Assembly (NCBI RefSeq): GCF_964355755.1
Contig: NC_092672.1
Location: 20,969,237 to 21,033,236, forward strand
Length of the DNA: 64,000 nucleotides
Direction of reading: 5' to 3'
Source of the DNA: Antedon mediterranea
Lineage: Eukaryota > Animalia > Echinodermata
Of the stretch, positions 49,823 to 61,300 are shown piece by piece (position 1 is the stretch's first letter; each line of letters begins with the position of its first letter). The translations under genes were made by a program, and so were the position numbers. The notes under the pieces are model-generated. The model saw only the letters and a list, made by a program, of their open reading frames with translations. It made no database searches and was not told where the DNA came from.

Positions 49823-50488
49823 ATGTTGCTAAGATCCGAAAAGGAAAAGCAGAAAACTCAAAGCATAGAATACTTTGAAGAGATTTGCAAAAGAGTTGTG
49901 TTGACCAGAGGCTATGAATTGCATAGATCCAGGCACTCATCGTTTTACGAATATTTATCGTATACATCTGTATACGATAATCAAATCAATGGCACGTTGT
50001 TCCCAGAGCAGATTTACGGATTTCGAAAAGTATTGAGTTTCATGCATCAAACTATAGCACAGCCAGAAGATTTGTTGAGAAAACCGATATTGAAACTGAA
50101 AAGGACCACTTGGCAGTGCATCAAGAGCGTAGACTTTAAGGTTGATTTTGGCGAATTTATAGAAAACGCAAACATCGACGTCTTAACCATGTATCATAAC
50201 GTACTGGGTGGTATTAAACGTGAAATGAATAGAAAAGACAGTTTCCTACCAAACACTCTGTTCGATGTCATAGAGAACATTAATGTGCCACAGGGACTCT
50301 TGTGTCTTCCAAGGTCTTTTATAGCAGCCACACAGATCATGGAGGTATACCTCCATGCACAGATGGCTATGCAAAAGGAATATAAATCTACCATGAAGAA
50401 ATTACATCCCCACGTGACACCGGAGCTCATACAAGAATATGCTACATTCACTCCCATCGGACATTCTGAACGACATACGCATTTCTGA
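49823..50488 (+). CDS. Intronless 221-aa ORF of unknown function (possibly the remnant of a larger mobile or viral gene)
   Basis: A 666-nt open frame with protein-like composition in an AT-rich genome. I do not recognise any motif. Confidence 0.4.
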   Translation: MLLRSEKEKQKTQSIEYFEEICKRVVLTRGYELHRSRHSSFYEYLSYTSVYDNQINGTLFPEQIYGFRKVLSFMHQTIAQPEDLLRKPILKLKRTTWQCIKSVDFKVDFGEFIENANIDVLTMYHNVLGGIKREMNRKDSFLPNTLFDVIENINVPQGLLCLPRSFIAATQIMEVYLHAQMAMQKEYKSTMKKLHPHVTPELIQEYATFTPIGHSERHTHF

Positions 50489-50735
50489 AAGGTTCTGTCT
50501 AAAGACAGCCATTCTTTTCTTGTTATTCGGCCGACTTTGACATTCGATAGAACGTGAAAATCCCTTTATATGCTGGGATGAGGAACATAACCGACTTGAG
50601 GAGGAGCCAGCGTTCGTTTTCCGTTTTTTGTTATAATTTGTACTTCAGCATTGTTGAAACATAGCTTGCGTGCTTTCCTCACATATATAATAAACATATA
50701 CCTAATAATAGTTTTTTATAATTTTTGTTTCATTA

Positions 50736-51290
50736 ATGGCTTTCAAAATCATCATAATGACAGAAGATGAATGTCGATAGTATTCGACAGAACAGAGTCT
50801 TTTTCAATGTACTAAGCAATGTGGGATGGTAAAGAGTTGGAACAGATTTCAAGAGTTTCGTCCCGACGATTAAGATCGTGTAATGAGTATCCAAGTACCA
50901 GTTTCGATTCATGAAGCCTAAAGGATTTTCATGTTTGCCGAGAGTGATGGTAGACTGGTATTTGCCTTCAAGGACGTCACCATGTACGTTGTAACTTTAC
51001 AGACGACTTTGAAGAGCACTTTACAAACAGGTGAAATGATGGATACACCAAGAAATTTGAATTAAGTCAACGCTTTTGCTAAACACCTGTTATCGTGCCA
51101 GGGAGTGATTTACGGCAGCGAAATCTGTCAACCGATGTTGTTTGGACAGTATGTAGCCGAACGTTCATCTATAAAATTGACCATGAAACGGCAAAAGATA
51201 ATTGCTCACGTAAACGGCAAGCAAATATTTGCTTGGAGAATGCTGCCAAACCGAGACGTTGAAGGCTGTCAGGATGCATGTGTTCTCCCG
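50736..51290 (+). pseudogene. Decayed intronless ORF of unknown origin
   Basis: One frame from ATG 50736 runs ~185 codons into the 51105 ORF, with four isolated in-frame stops and no frameshift. Confidence 0.35.
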
Positions 51291-52348
51291 GATCACTTCA
51301 TTATTTACACAGTTCATTGTTGCTATATTATTATTCATAGAGAATTGATGTCTGTACTTGAATTTAAACAGAATGCATGTGTTCTCTTGGTAAAACGCAA
51401 TCTGCAAAATGTATCATTATGCTTCACAAAGAAGATAGCGTTATTCCATCCATAATCCGTACACGTTACATACATCTTTAATAAGTCGTTTGTTATACAC
51501 AGTTCATTGTTGCTATATTATTATTCACGGAGAGCACTCCCGGATCACTTCATTATTTCTTATAGTATATTTTGAAACAATTTTAAATATTACAATGTTT
51601 AACCAGGTTTTATATTTTTTCTATATATTTGGTATTAATGAAAATAATGTATTTGTTACGTATATTGGAAAAAATATATAAAAAGAAATATGATTTACAA
51701 TATTATTTAAATTATTTGTACTGTATATAATTTGACACACGCACATACAAAGACGCAGACAATTACTGATGGGTAAACTTTTTCTTTGATTAGAAGAATT
51801 AAATATTGGATTTGATATATAATAATTCTAATTTTTGTTAATTATAATCACAGACAAAACGAGATTTTAGGCTATAGTAATCATTCATAATACCGTAAGC
51901 ACATTTGTCATAAATGTAGGCCATACAACATTGGAATGTCGGTCCTTGACTCGCTACGGATTACCGTAGGTTAGAGCCTGTTTACACGTATGGGCGTAAC
52001 GCGTAAGCCATGGCGTACGCATTGCGTAGCCTACGCCTTGCGTGTGAAGGCACTTACTACGCCACGTTCGTGGCGTTAGATAACGAGCCTAACGCTGTGT
52101 CGTGCTAATGCTGTGAGCACACCGGAACACTGTTTTTATATAGTATATTTCTAAACATTTTTATATAATACAATTTTTACCAACCATTTTTTTTTTATAT
52201 TTTGTAATGACCAATTGATGATTATTTGTAGGCCTATATTGGACAAAATTAAAAAAAATATATATTGACATATTATTTGATATAATTTAACGTACGCACA
52301 TAAAGAGACGCAGACAACTAAACTTTTACTTTGATTAGAAGTAATAAT

Positions 52349-55300
52349 TAGGTTATATGCATGCATTCATGCATATAACCTCTTGATTCTGTCAGAATCT
52401 TTATTTATTTCTTTATTTATTAGGTTATATGCATGCATTCATGCATATAACCTCTTGATTCTGTCAGAATCTTTATTTATTTCTTTATTTATTAGGTTAT
52501 ATGCATGATATGCATATAACCTCTTGATTCTGTCAAAATCTTTATTTATTTATTAGGTTATATGCATGATATGCATATAACCTCTTGATTCTGTCAAAAT
52601 CTTTATTTATTTATTTATTAGGTTATATGCATTATCATGCATATAACCTCTTGATTCTGTCAAAATCTTTATTTATTAGGTTATATGCATGATATGCATA
52701 TAACCTCTTGATTCTGTCAAAATCTTTATTTATTTATTTATTTATTTATTTATTCTTTCCTTAGCACTATTTTGTCCGTGCATTATCTTGGCATCAGTTT
52801 CATCTAGCTAAGTCAAGTTTTCAGAGTATATTCCTTATGGCCAGGAATCGATGTGGTTATATTTTCACGATGCGTAATCAAAAATTACGCGGTCTACGCG
52901 CGATTTTACGAAATCACGTTTGTAATCATATCTTCACAAGCATGAATCACAATTAAACAAAATTTGGTACTCATAAATTTCAGGTCATATTTCATCATAT
53001 GGCAATTAAATTACGTGCGTAGCGCATATAACGCTTGCGTACGCGCGCTTAAAATGTTCAAAATTGTCAAAATTTATTTTCGATGAAATTAGAGTACGTT
53101 TCAGGCAATTTTAAGCGTTTAAAAAATTGCCATGAGTGCGCAGATTTTTGCACGCGCACTGCGCGTTAAACGTTAATGCGCACTCTTTTTGCCCGATTTC
53201 TGTTTTACAATCTTTCTTTAATAATATCATCATATTTGATTCAGGTTTCAACTCAAAATTGCGTTATACGAGCACGTCAAAAGTGACTGGCTACGCACGT
53301 ATAAGTTAACAAAATGGTGAAAATATGCTAAATTTTAAAATTAATATATATCGTCAGAATGCAGGGGAACACCTATTTTTTATTTCATTTTCTTGAAGTG
53401 TATGTATCATATGTATGATTTATTATCAAATTAAGAGAACAAAAGTTGATTAAGTCATCATTAATTGCATATTAAATTAAAAAAACATAATTTCGACAAT
53501 CAAACAAATTATGACATTTTCTTAGGCCAAAATAACAAACTTAACATTAACTTTCTTCCTTCAAAAATTCATATATTAAAGTTAAAAGTATGTAGTTTGA
53601 CAGTGCATCATTTGTATACATTTTAAAGATGTCATCATAGTAAAAAATTATAATTCATTTCAGTATGTAATAATCTATTTGCATCAAAGTGGTTACTGCA
53701 TAGTAAATACACGGAGGAATTTTTCTACAACTTTTAGTCAGTTGTGTACGGCTCGGTGGTCTGTGCTCGTGTCTATGGCATTCAAGGTACCGAGATCGAG
53801 TCTCACCTTGGGAAACGAAATAAGATTTTTTTTTTATTATCCGTATTGTTTGTTCAAATTTATTTCTTAATGTATAGATTATACACATGATTTATAATGA
53901 AATCTAGATAAAAATTTACTTATGTCTTTATTATTATGTAACAACAAATGTGGTTTATGACATTATACGCATATGGATCTTTGATCGGATTGTGATACCG
54001 GCTATGGTGTTCGCGTTAGCAAGGTCCTATCATATATTATAAATAATTAAAGATTCTGAGAAAATCAATCAATCAATATATCTTTTAAAAATCAATTATC
54101 TTTATTTAAATCAATGCATATAACCTATAATTCGTCATAGTGACGAATTAAATCTAGTTTATTTATTCTTTCCTTAGCACTATTTTGTCCGTGAATTATC
54201 TTGATATCAGTTTCATCTATCTAAGTCAATTTTTCAGAGTATATTCCTTATGGCCAGGAATCGATGTGGTTATATTTTCACGATGCGTAATCAAAAATTA
54301 CGCGGTCTACGCGCGATTTTACGAAATCACGTTTGTAATCATATCTTCACAAGCATGAATCACAATTAAACAAAATTTGGTACTCATAAATTTCAGGTCA
54401 TATTTCATCATATGGCAATACAATTACGTGCGTAGCGCATATAACGCTTGCGTACTCGCGCTTAAAATGTTCAAAATTGTCAAAATTTATTTTCGATGAA
54501 ATTAGAGTACGTTTCAGGCAATTTTAAGCGTTTAAAAAATTGCCATGAGTGCGCAGATTTTTGCACGCGCACTGCGCGTTATACGTTAATGCGCACTCTT
54601 TTTGTCCGATTTCGGTTGTACAACCTTTCTTTAATAATGTCATCATATTTTATTCACTTTTCAACGCGTAATTGCCTTATACGAGCACGTCAAAAGTGAC
54701 AGGCTACGCACGTGTAAGTTAACAAAAGGGTGAAAATATGCTAAATTTTAAAATTAATATAGATCGTCAGAATGCTCGGGAACACATATTTTTTATTTAA
54801 TTTTCTTGAAGTGTATGTACCTTATGTATGATTTATTATTAAACTAAGGGAACAAAAGTTGATTAAGCCATAATTAATTGCATATTAAATTAAAAAAAAT
54901 TCATTTCGACAATCAAACAAATTATGACATTTTCTTAGGCCAAAATAACAAACTTAACATTAACTTTCTTCCTTCAAAAGTTCATATATTAAAGTTAAAA
55001 GTATATAGTTTGACAGTGCATCATTTTTGTACATTTTTAGAGATGTCATCATAGTAAAAAATTATAATTCATTGCGGTATGTAATAATCTATCTGCACCA
55101 AAGTGGTTACTGCATAGTAAATACACGGAGGAATTTTTCTACAATTTTTAGTCAGTTGTGTATGGCTCGGTGGTGTGTGCTCGTGTCTATGGCACTCAAG
55201 GTACCGAGATCGAGTCTCACCTTGGGAAACGAAATAAATTTTTTTTTTATTATCCGTATTGTTTGTTCAAATTTATTTCTTAGTGTATATATTATACACA

Positions 55301-58300
55301 TGATTTATAATGAAATCTAGATAAAAAATAACTTATGTCTTTATTATTATGTAACAGCAAATGTGGTTTATGACATTATACGCAGAGGGATCTTTGATCG
55401 GATTGTGATACCGGCTATTGTATTCGCGTTAGCAAGGTCCTATCATATATTATATATTATTTAAAGAATCTGAGAAAATCAATGAATCAAAATATCTTTT
55501 AAAAATAAATTATCTTTATTTTAATTATCAATGCATATAACCTATAATTCGTCATAGTGACGAATTAAATCTAGTTTATTTATTTATTCTTTCCTTAGCA
55601 CTATTTTGTCCGTGCATTATCTTGGCATCAGTTTAATCTAGCTAAGTCAAGTTTTCAGAGTATATTCCTCATGGCCAGGAATCGATGTGGTTATATTTTC
55701 ACGATGCGTAATCAAAAATTACGCGGTCTACGCGCGATTTTACGAAATCACGTTTGTAATCATATCTTCACAAGCATGAATCACAATTAAACAAAATTTG
55801 GTACTCATAAATTTCAGGTCATATTTCATCATATGGCAATAAAATTACGTGCGTAGCGCATATAACGCTTGCGTACGCGCGCTTAAAATGTTCAAAATTG
55901 TCAAAATTTATTTTCGATGAAATTAGAGTACGTTTCAGGCAATTTTAAGCGTTTAAAAAAATGCCATGAGTGCGCAGATTTTTGCACGCGCACTGCGCGT
56001 TAAACGTTAATGCGCACTCTTTTTGCCCGATTTCTGTTTTACAATCTTTCTTTAATAATATCATCATATTTGATTCAGGTTTCAACTCGAAATTGCGTTA
56101 TACGAGCACGTCAAAAGTGACTGGCTACGCACGTATAAGTTAACAAAATGGTGAAAATATGCTAAATTTTAAAATTAATATATATCGTCAGAATGCAGGG
56201 GAACACCTATTTTTTATTTCATTTTCTTGAAGTGTATGTATCATATGTATGATTTATTATCAAATAAAGAGAACAAAAGTTGATTAAGTCATCATTAATT
56301 GCATATTAAATTAAAAAAAAATAATTTCGACAATCAAACAAATTATGACATTTTCTTAGGCCAAAATAACAAACTTAACATTAACTTTCTTCCTTCAAAA
56401 ATTCATATATTAAAGTTAAAAGTATGTAGTTTGACAGTGCATCATTTGTATACATTTTAAAGATGTCATCATAGTAAAAAATTATAATTCATTTCGGTAT
56501 GTAATAATCTATTTGCATAAAAGTGGTTACTGCATAGTAAATACACGAAGGAATTTTTCTACAACTTTTAGTCAGTTGTGTACGGCTCGGTGGTCTGTGC
56601 TCGTGTCTATGGCATTCAAGGTACCGAGATCGAGTCTCACCTTGGGAAACGAAATAAGATTTTTTTTTATTATCCGTATTGTTTGTTCAAATTTATTTCT
56701 TAGTGTATAGATTATACACATGATTTATAATGAAATCTAGATAAAAATTAACTTATGTCTTTATTATTATGTAACAACAAATGTGGTTTATGACATTATA
56801 CGCATATGGATCTTTGATCGGATTGTGATACCGGCTATGGTGTTCGCGTTAGCAAGGTCCTATCATATATTATAAATAATTAAAGATTCTGAGAAAATCA
56901 ATCAATCAATATATCTTTTAAAAATCAATTATCTTTATTTAAATCCATGCATATAACCTATAATTCGTCATAGTGACGAATTAAATCTAGTCTTGGCATC
57001 AGTTTTATCTAGCTAAGTCAAGTTTTCAGAGTATATTCCTTATGGCCAGGAATCGATGTGGTTATATTTTCACGATGCGTAATCAAAAATTACGCGGTCT
57101 ACGCGCGATTTTACGAAATCACGTTTGTAATCATATCTTCACAAGCATGAATCACAATTAAACAAAATTTGGTACTCATAAATTTCAGGTCATATTTCAT
57201 AATATGGCAATACAATTACGTGCGTAGCGCATATAACGCATGCGTACGCGCGCTTAAAATGTTGAAAATTGTCAGAATTTATTTTCGATGAAATTAGAGT
57301 ACGTTTCAGGCAATTTTAGGCGTTTAAAAAATTGCCATGAGTGCGCAGATTTTTGCACGCGCACTGCGCATCAAACGTTAAAGCGCACTGTTTGTGTCCG
57401 ATTACTGTTGTATAACCTTTCTTTAATAATATCATCATATTTTATTCACTTTTCAACGCGAAACAGTGTTATACGAGCACGTCAAAAGTGACGGGCTACG
57501 CACGTGTAAGTTAACAAAATGGTGAAAATATGCTAAATTTTAAAATTAATATAGATCGTCAGAATGCTCGGGAACACATATTTTTTATTTAATTTTCTTG
57601 AAGTGTATGTATCTTATGTATGATTTATTATTAAACTAAGGGAACAAAAGTTGATTAAGCCATAATTAATTGCATATTAAATTAAAAAAAATTCATTTCG
57701 ACAATCAAACAAATTATGACATTTTCTTAGGCCAAAATAACAAACTTAACATTAACTTTCTTCCTTCAAAAGTTCATATATTAAAGTTAAAAGTATATAG
57801 TTTGACAGTGCATCATTTTTTTAAATTTTTAAAGATGTCATCATAGTAAAACATTATAATTCATTGCGGTATGTAATAATCTATCTGCACCAAAGTGGTT
57901 ACTGCATAGTAAATACACGGAGGAATTTTTCTACAATTTTTAGACAGTTGTGTATGGCTCGGTGGTGTGTGCTCGTGTCTATGGCACTCAAGGTACCGAG
58001 ATCGAGTCTCACCTTGGGAAACGAAAGAAGATTTTTTTTTTATTATCCGTATTGTTCAAATTTATTTCTTAGTGTATAGATTATACACATGATTTATAAT
58101 GAAATCTAGATAAAAAGTTACTTTATGTCTTTATTATTATGTAACAACAAATGCGGTTTATGACATTATACGCAGAGGGATCTTTGATCGGATTGTGATA
58201 CCGGCTATGGTGTTCGCGTTAGCAAGGTCCTATCATATATTATAAATAATTAAAGATTCTGAGAAAATCAATCAATCAATATATCTTTTAAAAATCAATT

Positions 58301-61300
58301 ATCTTTATTTAAATCAATGCATATAACCTATAATTCGTCATAGTGACGAATTAAATCTAGTTTATTTATTTATTCTTTCCTTAGCACTATTTGTCCGTGA
58401 ATTATCTTGGCATCAGTTTCATCTATCTAAGTCAATTTTTCAGAGTATATTCCTTATGGCCAGGAATCGATGTGGTTATGTTTTCACGATGCGCAATCAA
58501 AAATTACGCGGTCTACGCGCGATTTAACGAAATCACGTTTCTAATCATATCTTCACAAACATGAATCACTTTTAAACAAAATTTGGTACTCATAAATTTC
58601 AGGTCATATTTCATCATATGGCAATACAATTACGTGCGTAGCGCATATAACGCATGCGTACGCGCGCTTAAAATGTTGAAAATTGTCAGAATTTATTTTC
58701 GATGAAATTAGAGTACGTTTCAGGCAATTTTAAGCGTTTAAAAAATTGCCATGAGTGCGCAGATTTTTGCACGCGCACTGCGCGTCAAACGTTAATGCGC
58801 ACTGTTTGTGTCCGATTACTGTTGTATAACCTTTCTTTAATAATATCATCATATTTTATTCACTTTTCAACGCGAAACAGCGTTATACGAGCACGTCAAA
58901 AGTGACGGGCTACGCACGTGTAAGTTAACAAAATGGTGAAAATATGCTAAATTTTAAAATTAATATATATCGTTAGAATGCTCGGGAACACCTATTTTTT
59001 ATTTAATTTTCTTGAAGTGTATGTATCATATGTATGATTTATTATGAAATTAGAAGAACAAAAGTTGATTAAGTCATCATTAATGGCATATTAAATTTAA
59101 CAAAATTAATTTCGACAATCAAACAAATTATAACATTTTCTTAGGCCAAAATAACAAACTTAACGTTAACTTTCTTCCTTAAGAAGTTCATATATTAAAG
59201 TTAAAAGTATATAGTTTGACAGTGCATCATTTTTTTAAATTTTTAAAGATGTCATCATAGTAAAACATTATAATTCATTGCGGTATGTAATAATCTATCT
59301 GCACCAAAGTGGTTACTGCATAGTAAATACACGGAGGAATTTTTCTCCAACTTTTAGTCAGTTGTGTATGGCTCGATGGTCTGTGCTCGTGTCAATGGCA
59401 TTCAAGGTACCGAGTTCGAGTCTCACCTTGGGAAGCGAAATAAGATTTTTTTTTTATTATCCGTATTGTTCAAATTTATTTCTTAGTGTATAGATTATAC
59501 ACATGATTTATAATGAAATCTAGATAAAAAGTTACTTTATGTCTTTATTATTATGTAACAACAAATGCGGTTTATGACATTATACGCAGAGGGATCTTTG
59601 ATCGGATTATGATACCGGCTATTGTATTCGCGTTAGCAAGGTCCTATCATATATTATAAATAATTAAAGAATCTGAGAAAATCAATGAATCAAAATATCT
59701 TTTAAAAATCAATTATCTTTATTTTAATTATCAATGCATATAACCTATAATTCGTCATAGTGACGAATTAAATCTAGTTAGGTTATATGCATTATCATGC
59801 ATATAACCTCTTGATTCTGTCAAAATCTTTATTTATTTATTTATTTATTGGTTATCCGCCTCAAGCGGATAACCTTTGTTATTGTAGTGTTACTTTTTTT
59901 TTTTATTATTATTCTTTCTTTCTCGGATTTTGTGCACGCGTTTTCTCTTTAACGTGTTAACATAACATGTTGTAACTTCGTCAACATATAGACATTTAAC
60001 TGAAGATGTTCTGCCAAGCTTTTTGACAATGTCAGATCCACATAGCGTAAGTTACGCGCGATTTTCTGAAAATCTTAAATCGGTCATAACTTCGAAACCG
60101 ATAAATATTTTTTAACGAAATTTTCAGCCACGTTTTCTTCACATCAATGGCTAACTTTTAGAATGTTTAACAAATTTTTGGAGATTAGAAAGTTTTCGCG
60201 TAAATTGCGTTTGAAATATTTTACTCTTCTTATTTTGTGCACGCTGTTTCTCTTCAACGTGTAAACATAATATGTTGTAACTTGTTCAGCATTTAGACAT
60301 TTTACTGAAGTTGTCCAGCCAAGCTTTTTGACGATGTCAGAGCCGCGTAGCGTAAGTTACGCGTGATTTTCTGAAAATCTTAAATCGGTTATAACTTTGA
60401 AACAAATGAATATTTTTTAACGTCATTTTCAGCCACGTTTGCTTCACATCAATAGTTAACTTTTTTAACGCTACCGCAATTTGTAACATTAGAAAGTGCG
60501 CGCGTAAATGGCGTTTGAAATTTTAAAATGCTTCAAATCAATTTCTGATTAAATTAGAGCACGATTCAGGTAATTTTAAGCGTTTAAAAAATTGCCACTG
60601 GTGCGCACATTTTTACGCGCGCACGGCGCAGGGAACACGTATGAGCATTTCTTTTACACGAGTTGTGTTTTTAAATCTTCGGTTAACAATTTTACGTTAT
60701 TTTATTCACTTTTCAACTTGAAATGGCGTTCTACGAGCACGTTAAACATGACAGGTTGCGCACAAAAACGTCAACAAATTGTGAAAATGTTGCAAAATAT
60801 GTCTACTTTTAAAAATGAAACAGTTCATCAGAATGTAAGGTTACCCTCATTTTTTATTTTAATTTCTTGCAGTGTATGAATCATAGCTCTGATTTATTAT
60901 AGTCTTGAATGTTAAAAAGTGTTTGATGGCTACATTATTTACATATTAAATGTAATTTTTGAAATAATTATCATCAAACAAACATAAACATATTCAAAGA
61001 GTAAAACAATAAACATAACGTTTATCTTTTTTCTTTACATGTTAATATATAAAACTTGAAAGTATGCACTTTCATAATATGTCACTGTTTAAAATTTGTG
61101 AAGATTTCATCATAGTAAAAATTATGATTTAAGTTGATTATGTAATAATCAACTTGCATCGAGGGGGTTCACGACATACCAAATGAACGAGGACTCTTTC
61201 TTCGAATTTTCTTCATCAGGTGCTCATATGGCTCGATGTGTAGTGCAACCGACTTTGGTATCAGAGGTACCGGGTTCGAATCCCATAATGGGAAAACAAT

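Noticed and set aside
51560-52345. Diverged ~250-bp direct repeats (51560-51800 and 52138-52345) around a CG-rich palindromic patch
   Set aside because: Too degenerate to define an element or LTR pair; no TSD or internal coding sequence.
52349-52750. Short palindromic repeats with variable spacing, superficially CRISPR-like
   Set aside because: The 'spacers' are the same sequence plus variable (TTTA)n. These are stacked 5' ends of Helentron-like elements.
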